From Gonapodya sp. JEL0774 (lineage: Eukaryota): DNA of 64,000 bases. The notes under the pieces are model-generated. The model saw nothing but the letters and a program-made list of their open reading frames with translations. It was not told the DNA's origin and searched no databases. Within the stretch, counting starts at the first letter, position 1. The number at the start of each line of letters is the position of its first letter. Below are positions 38,796 through 51,364 of the stretch, in pieces. The position numbers and the translations under genes were made by a program. The stretch lies in contig JADIIX010000108.1 of NCBI GenBank assembly GCA_027604505.1, positions 1 through 64,000 of the forward strand, read 5' to 3'.

Positions 38796-39454
38796 TTGAA
38801 ACGGCAGGTTTACGTCATTTTGATTTCGTGGGGACTGGGACTCGTCATTGAAGCTCTTCTCAAGACATTCACCAAAGAGCCTCAACCAGATGCAGATCCT
38901 TATTTTCCAAACCGCTATGGCTGGGTGAGTTGTGCTTACAATCGGACGGTGGATGTGAATACAGAATTGCCTGAGGTCTGAATCAACCGAACTTTTCTCC
39001 GAAGGAACACCGACTCGCAAACGTCAGTAGATCCGTACGGGATGGTTTCCTTGTGCTCTTGGCTGGCGTCGTGGTGGGTGCTGACCACTAGATCAAGTCC
39101 CCCGGCTGAGAGCCTTTGTCTAACACCCTTTCATTCGGTGGGCAAGATCCAAGGCTCCGGATATGGCTCCGACCACTCCTCAATTGGTGTCCTGTGGACT
39201 GTTTTTGGCGTTTGGGTTGCACTCGTTCTGTCCAAGCTCATCGTGAATTGGTACTGGCTTGACGCGATGTTTTGGTTCATCATATTGGTTCTAGAGATTG
39301 CAGCGTTCGGCTTATCATTCAGATAATCTGTGGCCTTCGAGCTGCGGGGCTCCATTTGTTGTCGGATCAAACGGGTACTGCGGATGTAGTCTATATAGTT
39401 TTCTTTCGGCCACCAACAATAATACACACCTCTGAATCGATTCGAGAGCAATAA
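38796..39454 (+). CDS. Small membrane protein, possibly a divergent PAP2/dolichyl-diphosphatase-like protein
   Basis: WGLGLVIEALLKTFTKEPQP...RYG and GYGSDHS resemble the PAP2 KxxxxxxRP and PSxH motifs. Hydrophobic helices follow. Confidence 0.4.
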
Positions 39455-39584
39455 CCCGACCATCAATGCTCATATGTGCCATGTTATCTACTGTGCTCTT
39501 CTTCACACCGAGCGTTCGCTTACAGAACATGCGTAGTCCAAAAATCCGAGTCCATTCCCAGCTCCGTGAGAGATCATCACCATG

Positions 39585-42550
39585 TCAGCTCCACTGGCGC
39601 ATTGTAGACTCATCCGGTAGCTCTTCCGACTCCCACAACCCAATCCAGTCCGCTGCACCGACTCCGCATACCGCTCCCGCCAATCCAAACAACAGACGCT
39701 CCGTAAAAGTTCGTTCCGCCCATTGGAAGCCAATTGACAGCAGAATTATACAGGAAAGACACAGTACAGTGGCAACAAACGCGTCGAACCACGTTGGTTG
39801 TGGTGTTGGGGGAGGTGGGGTGACAGGACGCGGAATGTCTTCAGGGGGTGGGAAACGGTCTTGTTCGTCACCGCCACCCGTGCCACCGTTCTGGTCTTCT
39901 TCCTCATCGTCACCACCAATCTGGTAGTCGAGAGCCGGGTATGTCGGACCGTCTTCAGGGGGGCCGGCCTTCTTGGGTGCCTTTCCGGGTCTCCGGATGA
40001 CACCACTGCTGCCACCGACTGGTACCTCATCCCCATCCATTTCTACCTCCACCCGTCCGGAATTTTTTGGCCTGGGTTCCACTCCCACAATCCGCCCCTC
40101 TAGGAAGAACTTCCCCGTCCGCACGATCTCCGCCCGGCACCACCTTCCCATCACCGTTTTCACTGGCTTCCCTTCATCGTCGGCCATAGCATCATCTTCC
40201 TTCACATCCTGAACTATGATCTGCCGATAGCTCTTATCGTGCCCGACAAGCTTGACTCCATCGTGTGCCACGTCCGTCACGAGACACCGTACTGTCCGGC
40301 CTTCGAATCCATCGTACGGCTTGTACGAGTCAAAAAGCTGCGTGACTTCCCTCGACCGCTCCTTCTTGACACGGTCCGGGAACGTGGGTTTCATGCGTGC
40401 AGCGGGTGTTCCTGGGCGAGGATAAAATTGCGAAATGTGGAGGACGGGGGGTTTGAGGCGACGAACCAGTTTGAGCGTGTCCTCATGATCTTCGGCTGTT
40501 TCAGTAGGGAATCTGGCATGACATCAGGATCAGAACGGAAGCCGATATACCATTGCTGAAAGTCCGCGGCCCCACGCTGTCACACGGAATTAGACTCACT
40601 CACCCGCAAATCACATCCGTCGCCACCGTCACCCCTTCCACTCCATCTTTCACCCCGTCCACTACCTCCCAAAACCCCTCTGCCGTGTACTCTCTCCGCA
40701 TATCGTGGAGCACCTTGTCGCTTCCACTCTGTACGGGTATGTGGATAAAACTGTACACCTGCGGGTGGTTGAGAAACTCGATAAGAGAGGGAAGATGACG
40801 GCGGATGTGCGGGGGGTTGGCCATGCCGAGACGGAGCATGGCGTGGGGATATTTGGGGAGGAGGAGTGCGAGTGGGCGTAAAAGATCAGGGAGGCCGAGT
40901 CCTGCACGGTAACGGATGGAGTTGTGAAGCGCACAATCAAACAACGTACTCAATAGAAGGCCAATGGGGATCCTCATCGCCCCCAACATCCCTAATTGCA
41001 TCACAATAATACTCACCGAGATCCGCACCCCACGCGCCGACATCCTCACTGGTGATCCAAATCTCGGTGACGCCCTCATCGCGGAGTACGTGCTCGACGC
41101 GAGCGACGATGGCCTCGGGAGCATAGGATCCGAGGTCACCTCGGGCGAACTTGGTCTTGCAGCTGAGACGGAGTGAGGTGAGGATATTCGAAAAGTGAGG
41201 GGAGCAGTGCTTTATGCCAAGATAATATGGTGAAAAACTCACTAGGTGCATTGGTTGAGACAACTTCCCATGGTGCGTTGGAGGGGATTCAAGAGTGATC
41301 AGCCTTCAGTCCCTCCCAAGGCCACCTGACATACTCCGAACACATACTATCCCCACGGTCCACTCACCCTGTGTTGATCGGTACGATCTCCACCAATGCA
41401 TTCCGTCGAACTTTCGGCAGATCGAGTGGAGCTCCGCCAGCTTTCCGCGATCGAAGGCGAGGCATCGGGATCGGTGTCTCCTCGACACCATCGGAAGCCG
41501 GAAGTGCAGTGGGTGGATCGGGTTTCTTGTCGCGAAGAAGCTGGGGCGACGACATGGAAGTCATTAAGAACCTCTGCATTTGCTTCACAGGGCCAAAATC
41601 CAGTTCCATCAAGACTTCTGTCCCAGTCTTCGAAGCCACACGGCATACGCAACATCTCTACTGAAATTGATTCCACAAGGGCGCTCACCTGTACGCAGTT
41701 CCCCTTGATCGTTTCTTCCACGACCTCTACCACCCGATCTATTTGTTGGACCTTGAGGTGCATGAATCACGAAAATTCGGAGGAAGCAAAAGGTGTGGCG
41801 CGAATTAGACTTGCAGGATCACTCAGCGCCTCGTGTCCAGTTCTCCAACAACTCACTCCGATGATGCTGATCCCATCCCATCGTTTATCTCTGCTGCTCG
41901 CCTGAGGAACACATCCGGAAACTATGACCTTCTTCCCCAGTCGTCTGGCGCGGTTGACGTCGGCGAGGAAGGAGGCCTCCGACGGACCTTTGACGGTACA
42001 GGAGTTCAGGAGCCATACATCCGCAGAGTTGGCGTCTGTGTCGGACAGGACGAGGGGGTGGCCATGCTTCGCAAGCATACCGCTCATATACTCGGCATCA
42101 CTGGTTCGCGGTGGTGGAATGTAAGGGAAGTTGGACGCGGTGTGTTACTTCGCATAGCCGACCGTCGCCGACGTACCTCGAATTATGGCTGCATCCCCAG
42201 GTCCGCACATACACTGAGTGTGATCCAGGAAGAACAAAGTCAGGGGCTGTAGAACCCATATCCTTGGCGTCGTTTTCGCTTGGGGCTGCCGATCCCTCCA
42301 TTGTCGGTAGGTCCTCTTTTCGAGCAGTCTTCACGGCCAAGACAGCAGACTCAGCAGCACTTGTCTTCACAGTTTTCGTTTTCCTTCGTCTAACGCCTGC
42401 AGCACCGTTGATGCTCGGTCTGCTGGCGACTTCCCACATCGAAACCCGATACGGAGCTCCAGATCCCGCGCCGTCACCGTCTGGCATGAGGGAAGCGGCA
42501 TCTTCGATGTCGTGGATTGCACTCGATGGCGGGAGAGCTACAACGGGCAT
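39585..42550 (-). CDS. CDKAL1: Threonylcarbamoyladenosine tRNA methylthiotransferase (CDKAL1/e-MtaB)
   Basis: UPF0004 domain VYVRTWGCSHNS, LNSCTVKGPSE, VSGCVPQ. Radical SAM motif CLNQCTYC (spliced). HIPVQSGSD, ATDVICG, SQFYPRPGTPAA. TRAM domain and hydrophobic C-terminus. Confidence 0.93.
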
Positions 42551-44662
42551 GCGACTGATGTTCTCAAGGGAAAAGAATATTGTGGGGACGATCAAACGGT
42601 GCGACCACAGTCGATGGCAAATATGTTTTGCCGACCTCCAACACCACCCATCTTGGGAGCGTGACGCGGTCTTTCGTTTGATTACACCACCCTTGGATCT
42701 GTCTGGTATATATTTGGTGAGGGTCACCTGGCGACTTGCTTCCGCAAGCACCGAAGACTTTGACAAGTACCTCTGCAAGCTGAATGCTTATGGGGCGAAT
42801 TGGCTTCTTGGTCCGACCGTCTACATCTTCGGGTTTCCCGCTAAATTAATGCGCTCTGTGGGTTACGACCTAAACTCTTTTTATTCTCCGAGCTTCACTT
42901 GTATAGATGTCACTGTGTCGGAGTCAGTTCTGGGTGACGTCACGTTTTTCCTGATACGGGCAGTCCGCGAGGGATTCCGGTGCTCAGTGTGAGCGTGCTT
43001 TCGCGGTGTCATCTGAACTTGCGTTTCTTTGTCTTTCTTCCTGCTCATGTGCGATTCTCGAGTCTCGATCAAGTTTTCGATCGTTGTCCGAATATGCTTC
43101 ATCGTCACCTATTCTCTGTTGAACCAAAGATCACAAACAACTACTACCTTGCAAGGACAGATAGCCATACTACAACAAATTGAAACCTATTATTTCTTTC
43201 GGTTTTGGCAAGCCAGGGTTGGGCATGACATCATCTGAGTACAGTTGATGAGAACACAAGCCATGTTTTTCGTTCGGTTCGAATAGTGTTTCTACAAAAT
43301 GACTCTCGCAACAGGACAGTAACTAAATGTTCGAAAGGAGTTAGGAGACACAGACTCTCTCACAATCCCTTCATTTCAAAGAAATACAAATCATCTTTGA
43401 CTTCTCACTGAAGTGTCTTCATAAATGAGGTTCGCCGGAAATTCTATACATCTGCGAATTGCAATCAGCCAACCAAACGTGCACATATGTAACAGGAACT
43501 TTTGCTTGCAGAGATCAAGTGATCATCCGACATTACTATTTATTGAAGTTAGCAATCATCTGGTTTCTTTGGTTACACTCAGTCCATTTTGTGTTTGCGA
43601 TCAGATATCTCGAGGCAGTCACTTGAGCATATTTTGGTCAACGGTTCTGTTAAACCAGTTCTAAGAGGCAGATGACAGGCATACGTTTGCATGTGAACCA
43701 CTTGACATGCAGGGTTTGAGTGGTGTGATCCCGTCGTGTACAATACGTGCTCTTGATCACCAGCAGCTGCATGAGCATGTGGTCGTGGTGAGGCGAGTGC
43801 TGACGTTATTGAACGCCATGCCCCCAAAGCCAGACCGATCTGACTCTTGCTGTTTTCAATTTTGCACCCATAGATCTTGCATCCTTGCACGCTGATCTGA
43901 TCCACGAATGTAGATCATGAGTACAGTATGCACCTTTTCCATGATTTCATTTGGGCCAAATCTTGGTGAATTGTGATCGTGCGTGTCGATTTGTAAGATC
44001 TGGCCAACTGAAGATCAGTTGTTGGAAACACAACGCGTAGGGGAGTCATACTTTCCGTCCTTCTTTCCTGTTGCAAGATCATGCTGGCTACCAGAATCCT
44101 TGCACTACTCAATCGGGTTTATTGTAAAACACCCTGAGTGTGTGCTTTTGTGATTTGAAGTTCACGCAGTGACTGTCTGCTTGGATCTCAATTTCAAGCT
44201 TTATTGTGATATTTTCAGTACGGAAAGAATGCATAATATACCGCGCTAAGAAAACCCGAGGTTGGACGAACCGGCCGGCCCTACGCCCGAGGGCATAAAC
44301 AAATTATGCTCTGTCGACCCAGGCAACATTCGCACATTGACGATAAGAAACGCATGTAGGAACGATACAAGACAAATGATCAGCTCTACGTCTATGAATC
44401 TATGAATCTATGAGTCACGTCATCTAGCAATCTATCAGTTTACTCGTGCAACATCGTGAAATCAAATACACCACAAGCACACCAAACATCAACGCGGATC
44501 CTGTCCAAATATTATGCCAATAGCGTCGTCCATCCCAAAATCAAAACCAAATTGGAGTCCGGATTGCACCAGTGAAGCTCGTACCAGCTACCGCTCTCGA
44601 CAACCTGAGAGATCGGCAAATAAAAGCAGGACTCAAATACGCCGACCCCTCAAGAACAATGA

Positions 44663-46008
44663 TCACGGCTCCTCGGCAATCGTTTGCAAAATGGCATCCG
44701 AGGATGGGTTGAGTGGAGACGGTGGTGAGGTGGAGGGTGGGCCGAGAGATGAAGATGGTGTTGTCCCACTTCCATTCACCTGCACGTTGAGGATGTTTTC
44801 TCGGGGGAACAGGTTGGAAAGAAAAGTGTTACGAGGGAACCACGTCGGCAACGTGAAGCTTGGTTGAGAAGGTGGTGATGCAGCGGCGGGTGGCTCGAGT
44901 CCACTCGTCCGCTTTTCGGTGCTTGTCTGAGTGATATCCATTCGACATACGGGGCACGTCCCATGCCATTCTACGAGCCATCCGTCCACGCAAGCAGCGT
45001 GGAAAGTGTGGGAACAAGGAAGGCGACGGAGCACCGTTCCCGGTTGATTGAGGGCTTCCAGGCAGATGGAGCAAGTGGGGCCAATGGTCGAGACCGTGCG
45101 GCAAGAGAGGCGTCGAAGGGCTGAGAACGATACACGACGGGTCATGGATGAACGACGGGTGCTGACACAGGGTGGCGGGCTGCTTGGGGATTTGAGGTCA
45201 AAGGCACCGTCCCCGCGTTCCAAGTCCACATTGTCAGATTGTGAAACGCGAGCTTCAGCTTCCACGCGCCATGATACTATTCCTTGTAATACGGTGGGAT
45301 CTACTGTGCGACCGTGGAAGACTGTGTCGACGTCCCGGATGGCGAATGGTTGATGTCGAGCCCGAGCTTGGGACATGAGTTGGGCGTACAGGACAGGATT
45401 TTGGAGTCGGAGCGGCGCAAGGGCATTAGAAAGACGCTGTAGATGGAATATAATAGGATGCGATTAGGAACAAGTTTTGGGATGATGATATGGCGATACC
45501 AATAAACGCTCCCATCAAACGTACCCGCCATGCCCGAAACCGCGCCCAGACCACCCATCCCAATAGGATGAAGAAGAAAATACAAATACCGCCGCAGATT
45601 ATAACGGTAGCAGTGACGACTACTGGGTTAACACTGACTGAAGAACTAGGGACTGATGGATAAATGGTGAACCCGAAACACGATCGACGGGGTTAAAAGA
45701 GTCGGTGAAGTGGGGAAACGGAGAGACAAATGAGAAAACATACATAAATACGAAGATTGCTGAAGTGGAGACGGCGTTGGTGTCACCGTGTCACTAGTCG
45801 TCGAACTCGGGCTGGAGGTGATGCCGGAGGAAGCAGCGGAGGAGGACACTGAGTCGTCACCGGCACGCGCAGTAGGGATCAACGAGAGGAGGGAAAAAGC
45901 CGAGAATGTCGCGATGGTGGAGATGGAAAACACGGTTGGGAAATGGTTCCGGTTTGACCCGGTTGGGCATGAGCCGTTGGACAGACGTGGGCGGGGAACA
46001 CATTGCAT
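44663..46008 (-). CDS. Membrane-anchored RING-H2 E3 ubiquitin ligase
   Basis: CSICLEAL...[31 protein letters not shown]-terminal signal-like stretch, S/T-rich region and a TM helix at ~45545-45630. Confidence 0.85.
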
Positions 46009-47810
46009 CGCTTAGATATATCAATCTTGAAAGTGACGATGCAGAAGGCTGCGATGAAGAAAGGATGGAGAAACAATGACGTGAGGTTTGTCTTCCCTAC
46101 GGCATAGGACACAATTCTCCGAAAGGGTCACTATCAAGCCCACACATCAACAACGCCACCCGAAAGATGCCGAAGCAACAACCCAACAATGTGGAATAGA
46201 ATAATGGGACAGTGTCCCGCAGTCGGAGTTAGTACTTTGCGAATGCGGTCGTCGGACGTCTGTTTCCAAGATCAGTGGCCTATATGCGCTAGCCAAGGGA
46301 ATTAACCAGAATATTGACGAACACAGCAGCTACGACGAGATGCGTGAGAGCTCCTTGGCTACGACGCGGGTAAAGCCTGCAGATTTGTGCAACGAATGAA
46401 ATGTAGCAGAAGAACTGTCGAATGAGAAAGGCATCAACTGGACACGTTCGCGGAAAATCATCTCCCACTATGCCAATGGTCGTACCATTCGTCTTAAAAT
46501 GCCATCTAGAAACACTCATCCGGCACGTAACGGCTGAGGATGTGAGAAATGGGGTTGGGAGACGTAGTTATGTCGATGTTGATGACGTACTTGCCATTCA
46601 CGCACTGCCAGCTCCAAACATACTGACTTATGAATAATTTTTTTCGTAAAATTTGCAATGGATTATCCGTAAATAGAGAGAAGGAAACTGGTGGCAGGGG
46701 CACGAGACGCTGTACATCATCACAAGGTGCGGGCGCCCACAATTCGTGAATGCCGTGCATGGTAGAAAATGTAAGACACAAGAGCACGAGGTACAGGAGA
46801 TGACATCAGGAGATGCGTGAGTTTTGTGTGGTGTCGAGCCATATTCTACATGATAGTGCGCGCATACTCTTGCCTCAAAGCATTGGGGTTCCAGTGATGA
46901 ATTTCATCAACTTTTCAACAGCTCTCGGTAGCTATTGGATGAGAAGGCTAGAACCTCGAAAAAAAGCACAGTTGAGAGGGAACTTCCGCTTCTCATGAGC
47001 GTGGTCCATTGGGCCATGGTCCCACAAAGTATAGACGAGAATGCGTGAGGCATTATCGTTGTATCCCTTTCATTGCTCTCACTCGGACTTTCACTGCAGC
47101 TGAGCACAGGATTTACGAAGTTCGGCTGAAGATCTCCTTGAAGAATGACAGTAGTGTGGAACTGCCCGGCACATTATTTTAAGTACCACAAGTCCGTCTA
47201 TCGTGTCCAAAAGTCGCGACAAGCAGTGGATTTCGGGACGAAGATAGAGGTGTGGTTCCTCGTGCGTAAACTGCATGACGTCAGCCCCAAGATTCGCCCT
47301 CGAAAATCTTCGAGGTGATTAGGACTTCGCCGATATCACCGTCAAGCTAACTGTACGACAAGGCTTACAAAAGTCCTATAATTGGGCAATGGCAGCGGTG
47401 TCGCTGTCCGGTAACGGCGACACAACCATGCCCAAACTTGAATATGACAATGCCATCAGCAGCACATGAGCCCCGTGCCAAACAGCACAAAGATGCCTGC
47501 GGACGTAACGTAACGGAATAATGTTCTTTACAAGTTTTGTGTGTCGTTTGAAAAGATGCAAGGAGGTGCTCCCAATATACAACAAATGTGGCGTTGGGCC
47601 GTGCGTGCCGTCCCAAGGGAAAACAACCAAGGAATCCAGAGGGAGGAAGAAGGACGACAGGAATGTCTCTTTCCAGGTTTGTGCAATTCATCAACATCTG
47701 TGCGGTCGTTGCTTCGATGCGCGGCTGACGGTTCCGTGTGCGCCTGTTCTGCTGCGCACTTGTGTCCTTGATCTTGTGCCCTGCACGAACACTCGTTACC
47801 CACTTCAAGC

Positions 47811-50800
47811 GTTCTCCCGGCGCCTCGCACGTCGCTGACTACCACTACAACATTCAACCCGCCGTTACCGCCAACCTCGTTGCCGCCTTCATCGGCACTC
47901 GTGCGTGCTGCCAATGTTCCCCGCTACGGTCAGAGGAAGGGTTGGACTCCGAAGACGCTGGAGGATTTTGGCGATGGCGGCGCCTTTCCAGAGTGTCACG
48001 TTGTGCAGTACCCGATGGATATGGGAAGGAAGAAGAACGTCGGGGTGAGTCGTCCGAAGTGATGACAATGCATATCATGTTCAGTTCAACAAGTGTCAGG
48101 ATTCACATTCAATCTCGTGCGAGATTTGGGGAACCGAGGAATTGTACTATCTGTATATTCTCGCTTCTGTGATAAGCGGACAATTGAAACCGTCGCCATT
48201 GAGAGGTCGGACATGACAACGCTTGGACGAGTCGCCTGGGACATTCATTCGGACTCTTTTGGGAGTCTAGCGTCTCAGCGTTCTACAGAAGCTACGAGCG
48301 TGGAGTGACGGGAAAGGAAGCTGACCTGCACTCTACCCTCCCTCCCTCCAGAAATCCCTCGCCCTCCAAACTGACGCCTCCGGTCACCTCCGCTACGACG
48401 CCCTCCTGACCCAAAACCTCCCTGACAACCGCATTGTACACTCTACCGTGGTCGCCCTCACCGCCCAAACCCGCTCCGACGACCCTTCCGACGAGCAAGC
48501 GTTCGCCCGCCCCGACAATGACACGGTCCGCGAACAGACCGAACGAACACAAAAGGCACTCGAGAAGATCGTCGGTGGCAAAGTGGCAGCTACCAGGTCG
48601 GCGCTCGTGGGAGGAGAGGACCTCGAGGGAGGGAAAGGTGGCGCCAGCTTCATCAAATACACGCCGGGACAGCAAGGGGCAGGGCAGGGTGCCGTCGGGA
48701 CCAGGATCATCAGAATGGTTGATGGTCAGTATGGTGGCCTGAGGTGAATGGCGGTATAGAGTGGAAGGGAGTTGGATATGGCGAAACCGTATCAGGTGGC
48801 GTGCCAAACTTCACCTTGCCGTGGTTCACGTGACGCGTAGTCATCAGATTCAGTTTGGGTCTCATGCTTTATGAGTGTTCTGAGTTTTTCTCGCTGGCTG
48901 ATAATGGCCCATCTTCCCCCTCCCTCCAACCCCCCCTGTTTTCTCTCCTCCCCCCTCCTCTCCTCATCAACCCCACAGCCAAGCAAGACCCCCTCTCCCC
49001 ACCCCGCTTCAAAGCCAAGAAAGTCCCCAAAGGCCCACCCTCCCCTCCACCGCCAGTCATGCACAGCCCACCGCGTAAAGTGACCGCCGAGGAACAGAAG
49101 GAGTGGTACATTCCGCCGAGTATCAGTAGCTGGAAGAATAGGCACGGGTATACGAGTGAGTGGAAGGGGAGGAAGGTGTTTCGGGCAATGTCAATACCAT
49201 TTCTGACCGAGATCATCTCCTCCTCTTGACCCACTCGCACCGCAAAGTTCCCCTTGACAAACGCTTGGCAAGCGACGGGAGGGGCATGCAGGAAGTGGTG
49301 GTCAATGATAACTTCGCAAAGGTGAGTCGTACGGTGGCCACGGTCTCGAGGGGACCTTTAAGTGGTGGTTCTACGCTGTGGGACATGGCTGGAATGGGGC
49401 ATCACGTGGAAAGTGTCGTAATGGATCCTATGGATGACTGTTTTTTTTTGTTTGTTGCCAAGGATTCGTGGGATGTGACCGGGCATTAATGATGGAGTCA
49501 ATAGAGTGCCGGGCTGCAAAAGCGGAGGAATCGTCGGGATCATTTCCTACCCTGATCTTCCGCTTTCCAAGACTACTTCATACCTACTTCACTGATCTCA
49601 CTTTTTCTTGGCTTTTCACACACCACACTCGTGGTCGGGACTGTTGTTGGGTGATCCACATGCACTGTGTGCACTTTCCACTCCCACGTGCTTTTCGAAA
49701 TCTGGATGACTTTCCGATCGCCGCCACCCGCACATGCAACTCACATGCCATGTTCCCCCCGATCAGCTCTCGGAAGCAATGTTCATCGCGGACCGCCACG
49801 CCCGTGAAGAAGTCCGCCTTCGCGCTGAAATGCAATCCAAAGTAGCTGCCAAAGAAAAACGCGAAAAGGAAGAGAGGCTCCGAGCGTTGGCACAGAGGGC
49901 AAGGGAGGAGAGAGCAGGTTTGAAGCCAGGTGCTGCCTCCGTAGTTGGCGCCGACGAGACTCCTGCAGGAATGACGAGAGCCGACTCACCTGATGGTAGG
50001 GGCGCAAGAGGTGGGAGCACACCGCCCCGGAGTGGTGGAAATCGTGGTGCGTCGTCCGATGTGGACTCGGAAGGTTCGGGGGAGGATGAAGTAGAATTGT
50101 CCGAGGAAGCCAAAAAGAGGGCGAAGGAGAGGGAGGATATCAGGCGTGAGAGGCAAAAGATGCGTGAGAGGGAGATGAGGATGAGCCACATGGGACAGGA
50201 TGCGAAGAAGAGATTTGAAGAGAGAGGGTGAGTAAAATTTCAATTTGAGTGGAGCAGCCTCTACTAAGTTCTGCCGTCGCACACTTGCCCGGATTTACGG
50301 TCCCTTGTTTTGCTTCGGGCCACTGTCACATGGACAACGAATATAGCGAGGGCCGCGACATATCCGAGAAAATTGCACTCGGCATCGCCCGTCCCACTGC
50401 CGTGAGCAACACCGAGACGCTTTATGACTCGCGTCTTTTCAATCGATCTGCGGGCATGACTTCGGGCTTCGGTGAAGAGGACTCTTACGGTTTGTACGAC
50501 AAGCCGCTCTTCACCGGGAGCAGTGCCAACATCATTTACAAGGCACCTCGAGGCGGGGCGGGGAGTAAGCACGACGACGAGTTTGGTGGCATGGATATGG
50601 GCGAGATGGAGAAACTCGCCAGCTCTGGTCCGAAACCAGCTCGTGGTTTCCAGGGGACAGATGTGGCACCAGGAGCTGGCGGTGGTGGTGTCGCTGGACC
50701 GGTTCTATTTGAGAAGGATGCAGGGGATGTATTCGGGCTCGAAAAGTTTTTGGAAGGGAAAAGCACGGCTAAACGGGCGAGAGAGGATGGGCAGCCCCAG

Positions 50801-50987
50801 AGGGGATTGATGGGTGCAAGGTAGGCAGGCAGTTCGAATTTCCAGGTGGAAGTCAAAGAAGTCTTTTCTACAATGCTATACTTGTTTTCTGCACAGTACC
50901 GCCGGTAAGCGTGAAGATTATGACAACCGTGGATCCGGACGGCGCATGGAGTTCGAGCCAGAGGGGAAGAGATCGAGAAAGGACTAG
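47811..50987 (+). CDS. SNW1: Pre-mRNA-processing protein 45 / SNW1 / SKIP (first exon upstream, not resolved)
   Basis: DFGDGGAFPECHVVQYPMDMG; DPLSPPRFKAKKVPKGPPSPPPPVMHSPPRK; WYIPPSISSWKN; IPLDKRLASDGRG; LSEAMFIADRHAREEV; RDISEKIALG; YDSRLFN. Confidence 0.95.
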
Positions 50988-51364
50988 TCGACTAGGTGCG
51001 TAAACATTCTCTGCGGAGTATTCCAACGGGTTACAGCCAAGTACATAGTTGAATGTATTTTGTGTTGGGGTAGATATATAGTGGCAAAGGCATGATACCG
51101 CAAAGCGCAAACTCTCCTCGTGCAAAATGGGTGTCACTTTCGATGTGGGACATGGCTCTGCGCTGTCATCATATGGGGGCTATAAGCTTTGATCCCAGTC
51201 GCTCCATGCTAGTTCTGAAGGAGCGAAATTGCATTCTAAAAAATTCCATCCGGCCGAATACATACAACGGTCAAAGACAATGCATGGGATAAATCAAAAC
51301 TGTACAACTAATTATTGAACAGTGGCAGTCCACAAAGATAGCCAAAAATTGGGTTCGGAGTTAC

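Noticed and set aside
42111..42992. 293-aa plus-strand ORF
   Set aside because: Antisense shadow of CDKAL1 exons.
46290..47300. Short minus-strand ORFs between the RING gene and SNW1
   Set aside because: No supportable gene model.
48059..48180. Box C-like GTGATGA in an SNW1 intron
   Set aside because: No suitably placed box D or terminal stem, and no recognisable guide.
49489..49556. ATGATGG...CTGA snoRNA-like pair in an SNW1 intron
   Set aside because: Imperfect box C and no rRNA complement I can identify.
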